Shown: positions 51,763-64,000 of the stretch, piece after piece
Layout of the letters: the number at the start of each line of letters is the position of its first letter
Numbering within the stretch: position 1 is the stretch's first letter
From: Octopus vulgaris
Taxonomy: Eukaryota
Direction of reading: 5' to 3'
Length of the DNA stretch: 64,000 nt
Assembly (NCBI GenBank): GCA_951406725.2
Contig: OX597842.1
Span: forward strand, 28,830,001-28,894,000
The notes under the pieces: generated by a model
Told to the model about the DNA's origin: nothing
The model's database searches: none
What the model saw: the letters and a program-made list of their open reading frames with translations, nothing else
Position numbers and translations under genes: made by a program

Positions 51763-52141
51763 AATAAAAACTCAGCACAATACCAAAGCGTTAAAAATAA
51801 GCAAGACAAATGAAAATATACGAAATAAAAATGAGTTACCCATGTACTGAATCAGTTTTGATTATTATTATCCGCAAGGATAAACTGTAATCTCGTTAGC
51901 ATGTTCTGTCATTATATTTGAGAACATATTCTTTGTGGAAAATAGCGATTTGACGTCTATATCTAGCATGTTGACGGTACATTTTTAGTGGTCAGCCCTT
52001 TAAATTTTGTATGTAGAAATATATATATATATATATTTAGGTAAATATATAATACCCTACAGTTTTCTGGTGCATCTAAGTTAAGTACTGCATTTAAGTG
52101 AATTCAATAGAACTCACTTGAATCTTAATTGCTTTTACTGA

Positions 52142-52172
<31 letters not shown>

Positions 52173-52251
52173 CATACATACATACTCACACATTTATATT
52201 ATATATATATATATATATATACATACATACATACATACATACTCACACATT

Positions 52252-52326
<75 letters not shown>

Positions 52327-52489
52327 CCCAATTCTCTTGTTTTCTATCACCGATCACAATCTCTGCGTACACACACACACACACACACACACATTTACAC
52401 AAATACACACATTCACACACAAACACACACATTTATATATATATCGCTAAGCTTCTCTCTCTCTCCCTTTCACTCCTTTATACATTCCT
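51763..52489 (+). repeat. Copy of 31762-32442 inserted into the LINE
   Basis: Near-identical sequence; LINE codons ...GLVP|NFGIES... are split around it. Confidence 0.9.
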
Positions 52490-52876
52490 TTGGCATCGAG
52501 AGTTACACAAATGCCAGAACTGGGCGCCACTGCATAGTGCCAAGGACTCCAAATTTGCCATCAAGATGTAGAACAAGATACTGTGATAACCTGGGCTTCC
52601 AAGGCCCACAGCTCTTCAATATCCTCCCAAAGAACCTAAGAGACCTGCATGGGGTGGATGCAGATGTCTTTAAAATGAAACTGGATCTCTTCTTGTCAGG
52701 TATCCCAGATGAACCAACTTCACGGCAAGAGGTGCAGATGAGGGCAGCTGCATCGAACTCTCTCATGCACCAAATGGTAGTTGCTAAAAAGTAAAACCAT
52801 GTAGCAACACCAAATGGCGGTGCCCCAGCATGGCCACAGCTCGTGAGCTGAAACTAGAATCAATCAATCAATCAAT
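52490..52876 (+). mobile_element. 3' end of the split LINE with (TCAA)n tail
   Basis: [27 protein letters not shown]...; GCTGAAACTAGAATCAATCAATCAATCAA; a short LINE piece also lies at 51733-51762. Confidence 0.92.
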
Positions 52877-53574
52877 ATATATATATATATAAATAAATAT
52901 AATTATATATATATATATATATATATTGAGCTTCTTTCAGTTTCCGTCTATCAAATCCACTCACAAATGAGTGGAAGACACTTGCCCAAGATGCCACACA
53001 GTGGGACTGAATTTAGAACCAAGTGGTTGGGAAACAAGCTTCTTACCACACAGCCACTCCTGCACTCATATATATATCTACTGTACCTTCAAGGAGAATA
53101 AACAAAACAAACACAGACAACAGGTTGAGTTAAGATGTTTATATTTAAGTAGCAAAGGTCGGATGAAGAGTTCAAATGGCAAAATAGCCAGGAGTCCATA
53201 TTGCAGGGGTATGGAGAGGGTGGGTAAAGGAGCTGGTAGATTGGATGGATGGAAAGGTTGAAGTACAGGTGGGAGGGGGGTGGCGAGAGGGCTGTTTGAG
53301 TGATGAAGCCCTCATGTGGACAAGAGGGAATCACATTGTAAGATGGTTTTGTTGGAGGAAGGGGTACTCTTGTAATAGGTGTTGTGTTGTTGAGGAGAAA
53401 GTGGGAGAGAGTTAAATAAAGAGAAAGACAAATTGGTATAGTTTTGTTTAGCCCTAGGTCAGTCCTGAATGAGCAGAACCATGGTCAGAGGAATTCTAGC
53501 CATGGCCATCCAGCTTTTCGTTCATATATCATATATCAAGATTGGCATTGGCCTATGTGTTCTTCCTGTTGTTG

Positions 53575-53935
53575 AGACAGTAGGGTGTGATATGAAGGAG
53601 ATTTGACTGCTGTTTCTAACAAGTTTAACTATCATGTAAAGGTGTCCTTCATTGGCTCATACAGATATATAGAGATATGACAGTAGAGTGTGATTTGAGG
53701 GAGATTTGGCTGCTATTTATAACTGGTCTAGCTATTATGTAGAGGTGTCCCACATTGTCTCATACATATATACATAGATAAGAGAGTAGGGGGTGATTTG
53801 AAGGAAACTTGGCTGCTATTTCTAGCAGATTTAGGTATCACATACAGGTGCCCCTCATTGGCTTATACATACACAAACCAGTTCGGTGTTATTTGAGGGA
53901 GATTTGGCTGCTATTCTTTACAGCTTAGGTGACTG
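53575..53935. repeat. Four degenerate ~100-bp tandem units
   Basis: GTGATTTGAGGGAGATTTGGCTGCTATTT...CATTGGCTCATAC recurs. Confidence 0.75.
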
Positions 53936-54106
53936 TATAGCTCAGCTTGATGGATATTGGGTGTTGCGTGTTGGTGCAGGCGGTAGAGGGGGGGAGACTT
54001 TCGGAGGGGGTCGGTGTCATCACAGTTTCATAGTTGTGTGTGTTTATGTGACAAAGTTGTGGTGGTGGGTATGGTTGGGGTGGAGGTTGATAGAGAGAGG
54101 GAGACT

Positions 54107-54137
<31 letters not shown>

Positions 54138-54241
54138 CGGGTGATAGTAGTGTTGGGAGAGGAAGAAGTGGTTTGAAGGGACCACGATGATGTTTGATGT
54201 TTGGTGAGGTGAGGTGAGGTTCCAGTGTGGTCGAGCAGAGA

Positions 54242-54337
54242 TTAGATCCTGGAGAGCTGATGTAAGAGGTTTGATGGTAGTATGGCTTCGAGGTTTTCTA
54301 TGAGGCAGCTGACTGGAAGATACATCCATCCCAGGAC
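54242..54337 (-). CDS. ST7: ST7 terminal coding exon
   Basis: ttcAG|GTC...; VLGWMYLPVSCLIENLEAILPSNLLHQLSRI*; matches the ST7 C-terminus (LPS..HQL.RI). Confidence 0.85.
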   Translation of the reverse strand, partial: VLGWMYLPVSCLIENLEAILPSNLLHQLSRI

Positions 54338-55614
54338 CTGAACAGAGAGAACACAAATATAATCACAGTAATAATAATAATTTCTAGCATAAGCACAAAT
54401 CCTGGATTTTGTGGGGAGGGAGACGGTCGATCACATTGACCCCAGTACTCAACGGGTACTTAATTTATCAACTCCGAAAGAATGAAAGGCAATTGAATAC
54501 AGAATGCTGCTAATTATTTTGCCTGGCGTACTAACGATCCTGCCAGCTCACTGCCTTGATACTATTGGGACCTGGGAATATTTCACAGAATAAATGGTAA
54601 ATTTATTGGGTTATTTCTGGAAACTTTATTCTCCAAAAATCTGAAAGCGTAACCTGAGTTGTGTCTGTATCAAAAGATAGACCCTCATCTGCTAATCATT
54701 GAAAAGTGAAGGAAACTGGAATATGATGATTACTTAATGAACTTTATATACTTCATGCACAATTTTTTAGACTTAATAGGCAACACTCATAGAATAAATA
54801 TTTGCACTTATTTTCCGCTTTTTTTCCATTAGGGAATAAAAAAATTACATTTCAAAATTTACATGGTCACACTTTCCTATAAAGAAAACAAAAATGATTT
54901 TAGATGTAAAATATAGGGGTCACAGTCTCACAGTGGTAAAAATTTAACGCAACATGGGTATATTCTGAAAACCACATCATTGGTTATATATAAGCCAAGA
55001 TGAGGGGACAGAGCCAATACATATTTCAATTTGCATACAGCTTTCATTTCACCAGCATCACCATCATCTCTCTCTCTCTCTCTCTCCCTTTCTTTAACCT
55101 CACCATTAGAACATCTGCTAAAATTATACTCCTAACTCTCCTCCTCAGTAACACGACCTTCAACTAACTTTTTTAACCACATAATAAATATTATGTACCC
55201 GCCACCTCATATCATGGACGCTTCTCTCTCCCTCTTTCTGTCTCACACTTTGCCTTATCTTCTTTTTTACCTTTTTCTTTGTTCTTCTTGTTCTCTCATT
55301 CCCTTCAACTAATCATATGAAAGCGTAACAATTATTTTCCCTCTACCTCATGCCATGGACGCTTCTCTCTCCCTCTTTTTCTCTCACTCTTCAAACTTTC
55401 TTTTCAGCTAATCGCATGAAAGCATTACAGACAAGCTAAATGAGAAACAGAATTATAGTAATAATAATTGTTTCAAACTCTAGCACAAGACCAGCAATTC
55501 CAGGGGGGGTGGCAGGTAAGTCGATTACATCGACCCCAGTGCATAACTGGTACTTATTTCATCAACCCAGAAAAAATGAAAGGCAAAGTCGACTTTGGTG
55601 GAATTTGAACTTAC

Positions 55615-55754
55615 CGTTTTAGCAACAGTTCCCATGGGTTCTGGGTACTGGTGTGTGAGGAGTGCAAGGAGTGCTGTGAAGGAACAGAGACCGGCTGTGA
55701 AGAGGATGAAGAATGGAAGTTCCTTTTTGGGGTACACAGACACTTCATGGAAGG
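55615..55754 (-). CDS. ST7: ST7 exon
   Basis: [47 protein letters not shown]; canonical AG/GT. Confidence 0.95.
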
Positions 55755-56129
55755 CTGAAATAATAATAATAATAATAACAGTAACAATAAAGTTTGTTTA
55801 CTGATTGACATAAGCATACCCTGCGACCATAATATCTTGGCAAAAGAATTTGATAAGCCCAGAAAATATAAATTAAAAATTTAATAAAAATATAAACATA
55901 TTTATTAACCAAAAAGTTATCAAAGAAGGCAAAGTTAGCAAAACGATGGTTATATCACTCCCAGTGCACACATATCTGCATCTCATAAACCAAGCATCAA
56001 AAAAGGTAAGATTTGTGAAACCAGTGTTTAGCTTTGAAGATGTCATCAATATTTGCTTTGGAAATGGTGCTTTCAAAGGTTCATCAGTCAACCTCATTCA
56101 ATGTTCTGACTTGACTTTCTTTTTTTTTT

Positions 56130-56482
56130 CTTTTTTACTTGTTTCAGTCATTTGACTGCGGCCATGCTGGAGCACTGCCTTTAATCGAGCAACTCGACCC
56201 CGGGTCTTATTCTTTTGTAAGCCCAGTACTTATTCTATCGGTCTCTTTGCCGAACCGCTAAGTAACGGGGACATAAACACACCAGCATCGGTTGTCAAGC
56301 GACGTTGGGGGGACAAACACAGACAAACAAACACACATATATATATATATATATATAACGGCCTTCTTTCAGTTTCCATCTACCAAATCCACTCACAAAG
56401 CTTTAGTCGGCCCGAGGCTATAGTAGAAGACACTTAACCAAGGTGCCATGCAGTGGGACTGAACCCGGAATCACAGCCACTT
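56130..56482 (-). mobile_element. SINE family A copy
   Basis: Reverse complement of the 34270-34628 family. Confidence 0.85.
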
Positions 56483-56639
56483 CATTCTTCATTTTTGAAA
56501 ATGTTTGCTGCTCACAGACCTAAGTTGTTCCAAACACTGATGCCACAGCAGAGGCACAGTGCAGTGGCATGCCAGAGACCTCATAGGATGTAGTTTGGTG
56601 ATCCCTGCTCTACATGGTCTCTGTTGATTTATCAACCAC

Positions 56640-57157
56640 TGTGTAAAAGGATTCGAGCGAGGTCGTTGCCAGTACTGCCTGACTGGCCCCTGTGCCGGTA
56701 GCACATAAAAAACACCCACTACACTCACGGAGTGGTTGGCGTTAGGAAGGGCATCCAGCCGTAGAAACTCAACCAGATCAGATTGGAGCCTGGTGCAGCC
56801 TCCTGGCTTCCCAGACCACGGTCACACCGTCCAACCCATGCTAGCATGGAAAGGGGACGTTAAACGATGATGATGATGATGAACAACCAGCAGTGAGACT
56901 GTTTTTAGCAGATCCCAAAACAGGATTCAGATCCCCATGGATTTAAGTTAAGGGTTCTTGTCTTGTGAGTTCCAGTGACCTTACTACTGCACTTAGTCCT
57001 CTCTGTGAAGTGGTTGGCATCAGGAAGGGCATCCAGCTGTAGAAACTCTGCGGATCAAAACTGGAGCATGGTGCAGCCATCTGGTTCGCCAGCCCTCAGT
57101 CAAAACCGTCCAACCCATGCTAGCATGGAAAGCGGACGTTAAATGATGATGATGATG
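56640..57157 (+). mobile_element. Two SINE family B copies (about 56640-56880 and 57005-57157)
   Basis: Shared GTTGGC.TTAGGAAGGGCATCCAGC...AACCCATGCTAGCATGG...(GAT)n. Confidence 0.8.
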
Positions 57158-57659
57158 TGCTAAGAGATGTGCTGTTGAAATCAAAACACCTCAGTCAGAT
57201 TTCAACTCAAAATGCTAAGAGCCAACTCGTTTCTTGATTGTATTCTTTCATTCATAATCTCAGAAAAGGCACAGAAACCAACTTGAAGACAGCAAGTTTG
57301 GCTTTTTTTACCAACCTCTCCTTTTCTCAGGATTTAATGCTAGAACTTGACTCTCCCAGAGGATCCCTGGAGTAATGTTACCTGACATGGTGCATAGCTC
57401 AGATATCAGGGATTCTCTCCAAGTTGAGCCCCTACCTCTTCAGATTGAGAGGTCCCGGTTTCAAAAATATTTGTGATGTGATTAGAATGTCAGGAAGGAA
57501 TTGTAAGAGGGCTTCTCCGAGCTAAGCCAATGGGCAGGAGATGAAGGGGTAGGTTAAGAACAAAATGGTTGGATAATACCCTTAGTCACAGGGAGTCTCT
57601 CCAGTCCCAGCAGTTACTTTGCTACAATGAGAGGTCACAGCAGCAGTATTTGGGACATA

Positions 57660-57982
57660 ACCAGTGCCGGTGGCACGTAAGAGAACCATCCGAACGTGGC
57701 CGTTGCCAGCACTGTCCCGACTGGCCTCTGTGCCGGTGGCACGTAAGAGAACCATCCGAACGTGGCCGTTGCCAGCACTGCCCCGACTGGCCTCCGTGCC
57801 GGTGGCACGTAAAAAGCACCGACTACACTCACAGAGTGGTTAGCGTTAGGAAGGGCATCCAGTTGTAGAAACACTGCCAGATCAGGCTGGAGCCTGGTGC
57901 AGCCTTTTGGCTTCCCAGGTCCCTGGTCGAACCGTCCAACCCGTGCTAGTGCGGAAAGCGGATGTTAAACGATGATGATGAT
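57660..57982 (+). mobile_element. SINE family B copy with internal 66-bp tandem repeat
   Basis: GTGCCGGTGGCACGTAAGAGAACCATCCGAACGTGGCCGTTGCCAGCACTG occurs twice, then the tail. Confidence 0.85.
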
Positions 57983-58329
57983 TAGAATACAACAAAAGAA
58001 TTGCAAGATGGTTTCTTCAGGCAGAATGATCCAGCAGGAGTCCTGGGGGTAGAAGAAGAAATGGAATGGTTGGATGACATCCAGTCTCAGATGGTCGTTC
58101 TTGGAAAGTAGAAAGATGGTTGCTTCTGATAGGACACGATGGAGGAGGGACCTGAGGTCTCTTACCTCAAAAATCCCCCCAGGAGTAGTGGTGGAGAAGA
58201 CGAATGAATGGATGGATGGACGTAAAGAGTCATAATAAAACACCACAGGAGATTTTGTCTGATGCTCAACCGGTTATTTTGTTGATAATTTGATGATTCT
58301 AGGAAAAAGAATTCAGCAGAGGTACTTAC

Positions 58330-58422
58330 ATGGTAAAAGTTCTCTATCAATGCTTTCTGTACAGGTGGGGTAGGGATAAAAAAGGTGACCCTTCTCTAAA
58401 GGATAAGGGATCATACGGAAAG
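58330..58422 (-). CDS. ST7: ST7 exon
   Basis: [31 protein letters not shown]; 93 bp, phase 1-1, canonical splice sites. Confidence 0.95.
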
Positions 58423-58714
58423 CTGTGGAGAGAGAAAAGAGAAACAGCTGTTATTACAGAATGAATTGACCCTTTAGCATTCAGATTACTCTGTCAAATC
58501 TAATCCTTATTTATTTCCCCAGTTTTGAATTAATCATGGATTATCTCATAACTTTCAGTTTTCAATGATGTGATTGTTTAGTTTTAAAATGGCATTGCAT
58601 GGTAAGTGTAAGAAGGCTGATCTGGCTAGTTTGGGTAAAAAACAGGTTCAATATTAGGGACCCAGATATAGCTGGCTTAAATGCTAAAAGGAGATATGTA
58701 TATATATATATGTA

Positions 58715-59102
58715 TTCTTTTATTCTTTTACTTGTTTCAGTCATTTGACTGCGGCCATGCTGGAGCACCGCCTTTAGTCGATCAAATCGACCCCAGGACT
58801 TATTCTTTGTAAGCCCAGTACTTATTCTATCGGTCTCTTTTGCTGAATCGCTAAGTGACGGGGATGTAAACACACCAGCATCGGTTGTCAAGCAATTCTA
58901 GAGGGACAAACACAAACACACAAACCTACACACACACACATATATATATAATACATATATACGACAGGCTTCTTTCAGTTTCTGTCTACCAAATCCACTC
59001 ACGGGGCTATAGTAGAAGACACTTGCCCAAGATGCCACGCAGTGGGACTGAACCCGGAACCATGTGGCTGGTAAACAAGCTACTTACCACACAGCCACTC
59101 CT
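58715..59102 (-). mobile_element. Full-length SINE family A copy
   Basis: Head CAGGAGTGGCTGTGTGGTAAGTAGC and tail GCAGTCAAATGACTGAAACAAGTAAAAGAATAAAAG, both on the minus strand. Confidence 0.88.
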
Positions 59103-59604
59103 GTATGTATGTATGTATGTATGTATGTATAACCCTTTTCTATTCAGATTACTCAGTGAAATCATCATTATCATTGTCATTTAATATACTTTGCCCTTGC
59201 TGGCATGGCTTGGGTCTTTTGACCAGGGCTGGCAAGGCTGGAAGGCTGCACCAGACCCCAGTCTGATTTGGCATGGTTTCTATGGCTGGATGCCTTTACT
59301 TCCAGAGAGTAATGGGTGCTTTTACATGCCACCGGCACAGGTGCCATTTGTGTGGCACCAGTCTCTTCCACAACTGCAATTTTACTTGGTTTGATAAATC
59401 TTTTTCTTCTCAAGCACAACATAATGCCAAGGTCTTGGTCATTGCCTCTGTGAAGGCCAACATTCAAAAGGTGCCTTTTATATGCCAGTTACGTGACACC
59501 AGCATCAACCACAACTACAAAAGCGTGATGTTGGTGTTGTGTAACTGGCAACCATGCTGGTAGCACATAAAAAGCACTTCTCAAGCATTGGGTCTTGTGG
59601 AGGC

Positions 59605-60055
59605 AAAGAGACTTCAAACTTGAAATCTTCAAAGCCACAGTCGAACCAATTCTACAATATGGCTCAGAAACCTGAACGTTATCAAAGAAGCTTGAGAGAC
59701 GGTTGGATGGAACTTACACTCACCTCCTTATGAGAGCTCAAAATCTCTCGTGGAAGCGTCATCCAACCAAAATGCAAATATATGGGAAACTACCACCTGT
59801 GTCATCTCTTGTGAAAGGTAGGAGAGTCCAGTTTGCTGGACATTGTTGTAGAGCTGAAAACAAGGTAATTTCTACTCTTCTCCTCTGGAAGCCATCTACT
59901 CGCAATACCAGAGAGTGCACACTCTCCTACCCTGATTTAATATCCAGAGATACAGGCATCCAGCAACAGGACCTCCGTAATGCCATGATGGACCGTGAAG
60001 TCTGGCGTAACATGGTAAATTCCATTGTCTCGACCACGGTCAAACAATGATGATG
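59605..60055 (+). mobile_element. RTE-like LINE 3' fragment
   Basis: IFKATVEPILQYGSET*TL...DGTYTHLLMRAQNLSW...MMDREVWR; ends in (TGA)n. Confidence 0.75.
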
Positions 60056-60409
60056 GCTGATGCTGCTGGAGGCACATGAGGAGCTCTTTTTGAGTGATGG
60101 CCTAATGGAAGTAATGACCAACACCTTTGGCATCATGTCGTGCCTGAGAAGACCCATCAAGCTGAGTAAAATCGCTGACATGGAAGATACTGGTATCACG
60201 CGAATGGCAACCATGCTGGTGGCACATAAAAGGATCTGTTACACTCTTGGAGCGGTTGGTGTTAGGAAAGGGCATCTAGCCATAGAAAACCCTGCCAAAT
60301 CAGACTGGAGTCTGGTGCAGCTTTCCAGCCTTGCCGGCCCCAGTGAAACTGTCCAACCCATGCCAGCATGGACCATGGATGTTCAATGATGATGAATGTT
60401 TTTGGCTGT

Positions 60410-60630
60410 GTATATGTATATGTTTGTGTGTCTGTGTTTGTCCCCCTAGCATTGCTTGACAACGGATGCTGGTGTGTTTACGTCCCTGTCACTTAACGGT
60501 TCAGCAAAAGAGACCGATAGAATAAGTACTGGGCTTACCAAAAGAATAAGTTCCGGGGTCGATTTGCTCGACTAAAGGCGGTGCTCCAGCATGGCCGCAG
60601 TCAAATGACTGAAACAAGTAAAATAGTAAA
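60410..60630 (+). mobile_element. SINE family A 3' half, preceded by a SINE-B copy at about 60210-60395
   Basis: Family consensus blocks present. Confidence 0.8.
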
Positions 60631-60694
60631 AAAAAAAAAGTCTGTGGCTTTAAGATTTTGATGATGTGATTGATTATTTTGAGAAGGACAATGT

Positions 60695-60792
60695 AGGGTG
60701 GGTGTAGTGGTGAGGGTGGGTGTAGTGGTGAGGGTGGGTGTAGTGGTGAGGGTGGGTGTAGTGGTGAGGGTGAGTGTAGTGGTGAGGGTGTG
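60695..60792. repeat. 18-bp G-rich minisatellite (GGGTGGGTGTAGTGGTGA), about 5 copies
   Basis: Directly visible. Confidence 0.9.
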
Positions 60793-60979
60793 TGATCTAG
60801 TGGTGTAATATGGTTTAGTGTCTTTGAGAGTTGTGTGGGTAAGTGGTGCTATTAATGTAGCATGAAGTGTGCAGTGAGGTGTGAAATGTGGTCCAGCAGA
60901 TCATCATGTGACCCCTGAACCCCACTGACACCACCACAAAGACCACGACCACCCTCACAACAACAACAACAATACTTAC

Positions 60980-61130
60980 TGCCCTCCCATGTGCAGTGTA
61001 AGAGGTTGAGGGCACCGTCAACCCGTTTCCAGTGTGGTAAGTGAAAGAAGGCGTAGGCTATGGCCTCGCTGTCACCTCTCTTCAGGATGTGTTCAGGAGG
61101 TAGTATGAGGCTTTTCATCTCCAGCAGGTA
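60980..61130 (-). CDS. ST7: ST7 exon
   Basis: [50 protein letters not shown]; 151 bp; canonical splice sites. Confidence 0.96.
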
Positions 61131-61519
61131 CTGAAATATAAGAGAACAGGTGAGAATATCTGGACATATAGGGGACATGGAATATAAGAATTCACACATG
61201 CACAAATACATACAAATCTGCCCATATATATGTATATATAACAACAAATTAATGTAGTGAAATATTGTGAATACCAACAGCAAATGCAAGTCCTGTAAAT
61301 AAATTATTTAAACTATAAATCCCTCTCTCTCTCTTTCGGAAGGGCACTGAGCAGCTATAAGCACACATACACACACGGCAGTAACTTCCGCCTATTCAAT
61401 CGCAAAGCTTCGGTCGGCTCGGGGCTATAGTGGAAGACACCTACCCAAAGTGCCATGCAGTGGGACTGAACCCGAAACCATGTAGCTAGGAAGCAAGCTC
61501 CCTAACCACACAGCCATGC

Positions 61520-62050
61520 CAGCGGTATCATTGACAGAGTGGCTAACTGGCTTCCGTGCCAGTGGCACTTAAAGGGCACCATTCGAGCATGATCGTTATC
61601 AGTGTCACCTTACTGGCACTTCTGCCCGTGTTACTAGGGTGCCAAGAGCACCATCCGAGTGTGATCGTTGCCAGAGCAGCCAACTGGCTTCCCTGCCAGT
61701 GGAACGTAAAAGGGCACCATTTGAGCATGATCGTTACCAAAGTCGCCAGGCACCATTCGAGCATGATCATTACCAAAGTCACCTTACTGGCACCTGTGCT
61801 GGTGGCATGTGTAAAAGGATTCGAGTGAGGTCGTTGCCAGTACCACCTCACTGGCCCCCGTGCCAGTGGCACATAAAAAGTACCCGCTACACTCTCAGAG
61901 TGGTTGGCATTAGGAAGGGCATCCAGCTGTAGAAACTCTGCCAAATCAAGACTGGAGCCTGGTGCAGCCATCTGGTTCGCCAGCCCTTAGTCAAAATCGT
62001 CCAACCCATGCTAGCATCGAAAGCGGACATTAAACAATGATGATGATGAT
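61520..62050 (+). mobile_element. SINE family B copy with multiple internal subrepeats
   Basis: GGCACCATTCGAGCATGATC repeats followed by the RTE-type tail. Confidence 0.8.
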
Positions 62051-63583
62051 AAATTGATGTTATTGCATTATTTACTTTGAAGGCATCCACATGCCAATCG
62101 CATCTGTTTACCTTAAAACATTGTGACACACCTTTAACTACACATACTCAATTAAATAACATAAAACTTAATAGGACCAAACAAGAGGGAGCTTACGGAA
62201 AAACCACAGATCAAAGCAAGGCAAACAATGGTGGAATGGATACAGACAACCTGAGATTATAATAGAGAACACTTGCCCAAGGTGCCACAGAGTGAGAATG
62301 GACAGTTTGACCGGAGCTGGCAAGCCAGAGGGCTACATCAGGCCCCAGGTGTCTGCTTTAGCATGCTTTCTGTGGCTGGATACCCTACCTAATGCCAACC
62401 GCCATTGATGGCACATTTACACGGTGACACCAGTACTCACACGGTTGCCAAATGGATTGTAAGACATGGATGTCTCAGCTCAGAGGGGAAGAACTACACA
62501 CACACACAAGAATTGGGCTTCAAATAGTTTCTATCAACAAATTCACGCACAAGGTATCAGACAACCTGAGATTATAATAGAGAACACTTGCCCAAGGTGC
62601 CACAGAGTGAGAATGAACTTGGAACCACACACTTGTAGAGTGATTTCTGTATCTATTGCCATGACTGTGCATTTGAATGTGGCCATGATGGAGCACCACC
62701 TGAGGCTATAGTAGAAGTCACTTGCCCAAGGTGCCTTGCAGTGGGACCGAACCCGGAACCATGTCGTTAGTAAGCAAACTACTTACCACACAGCCATTCC
62801 TATATAAGAGGGGAAGTCAAAAATTATCCCCACTTTCGCCTTAACATATCTTCATTATTGTCACGCTGCCTTCTGCACATCCACCATTATAGTTGGAACT
62901 ATTGTGGTGATCAACGTTTGAACCCGATTGCGCCATTTTTCTTTCTGGCTTTACAGTGTAAGCATGGCCACTCCTCTAGCAATGTGCATCAAAGCAGAAC
63001 AAAGAACAGTGATCAGAGAGATGGAAACGGTGAGCCAGTTCATCATTACCATCTCTCAAGCTTTCTGAATCTTGTCACCTGTGGTTGAGGTTGGTGGGCA
63101 TCCTGCTCCCGCTTTGTGTGTCACGCCTGTCCAATCACAACTAAACTTCTCAGTTCACTCCCACACGCTTCTACATGGTAGTTCACTGTCCCCATATTGT
63201 GCCAAAAGCCTTCAATGAATTTCAGCACCTGACACAACTTTCGTCCAGAGAAATCACATCACTGCCCTTTGTTCTTCTTTGCTGTACATTGCCAGTAGAG
63301 TGGCCATGCTTACTCTGCAAAAGCGAGGAAGAAAAGTGGTACGATCTGGCTCAAACTTGGATTACATGGGCTTAATAGTACCAACTATAAGCACACATGC
63401 ACAGAAGGCAGTGTGACAATAAAAAAGGTATGTTATAGCAAAAGTACGGGATAATCTTTGACTTAACCTTGTGAATATGTGTGTGTGTATATATACACAC
63501 ACACACACACATATATATATACATTCACACACACAAATATATACATTCACACACACACACGCACACATAGAGTGTCATCTTAC

Positions 63584-63686
63584 CTTAGGCGCATGAGGAT
63601 TAAACTCCACAGCTCTGTGAATGGCTTCAACAGCTGACATCTCTGCTGAGCTGAGGCCTCTTTTAGAAGCAACATCTGGGGAAAAT
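63584..63686 (-). CDS. ST7: ST7 exon (upstream exons lie beyond the window)
   Basis: [34 protein letters not shown]; tacAG acceptor, GTaag donor. Confidence 0.95.
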
Positions 63687-64000
63687 CTGTAAAGAAAAAC
63701 AATAACAAAATAAACAGCCACAAAACCTTATTGAACAGACAGAAACTGGGCAGCTCTGGGTGGGAATTGATTTGAGCTGGGATGACCTGCTGGGTGAACA
63801 CTCTTTTCCCTTCAGGTCACTAAGAAAAACTGAAGTAAAAATGATGATGATGATGATGATGATGGTGGTGATGATGGCCATAAGAAATGATAATTATGCT
63901 AGGGATTGTGGTGATGATGATGGTGATGAAAGAATGAGCAAGTTACAATAACAATGAGAGATGCAGCTGTGGGATATTGTTAGTGAGACAGGCAGCACTG

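Noticed and set aside
62243-62615. 58-bp direct repeat (62243-62300 and 62558-62615)
   Set aside because: Both copies are SINE-A fragments around a SINE-B piece; ordinary local duplication.

Overview
Eukaryotic, repeat-rich genomic DNA that looks like a cephalopod (Octopus-type SINEs, long (TA)n tracts, strongly expanded GC-rich rRNAs); the taxon is inferred, not proven. Two host genes point toward each other. On the + strand is the 3' part of an ankyrin-repeat/RING/Death-domain (MIB2-like) gene, with exons at 7333-28578. On the - strand are the last five exons of ST7 (54242-63686). Introns and intergenic DNA contain CR1/L2-like and RTE LINEs, two SINE families, mariner/Tc1 and CMC-like DNA transposon relics, and a Penelope-like relic with hammerhead ribozyme motifs. 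The most striking structure is a 14.6-kb insert (34845-49412) that splits one LINE reverse-transcriptase copy. It is one circularly permuted rDNA unit opened at the R2 target site. In order, it carries a non-coding ~2-kb R2-site element, the 28S 3' part, IGS, ETS, 18S, ITS1, 5.8S, ITS2 and the 28S 5' part, and it lacks only about 6 nt of 28S between its two ends. Its IGS also holds degenerate copies of the R2 target region with the cleavage site deleted. The same LINE copy also carries a Tc1 element and a locally templated 0.7-kb duplication.
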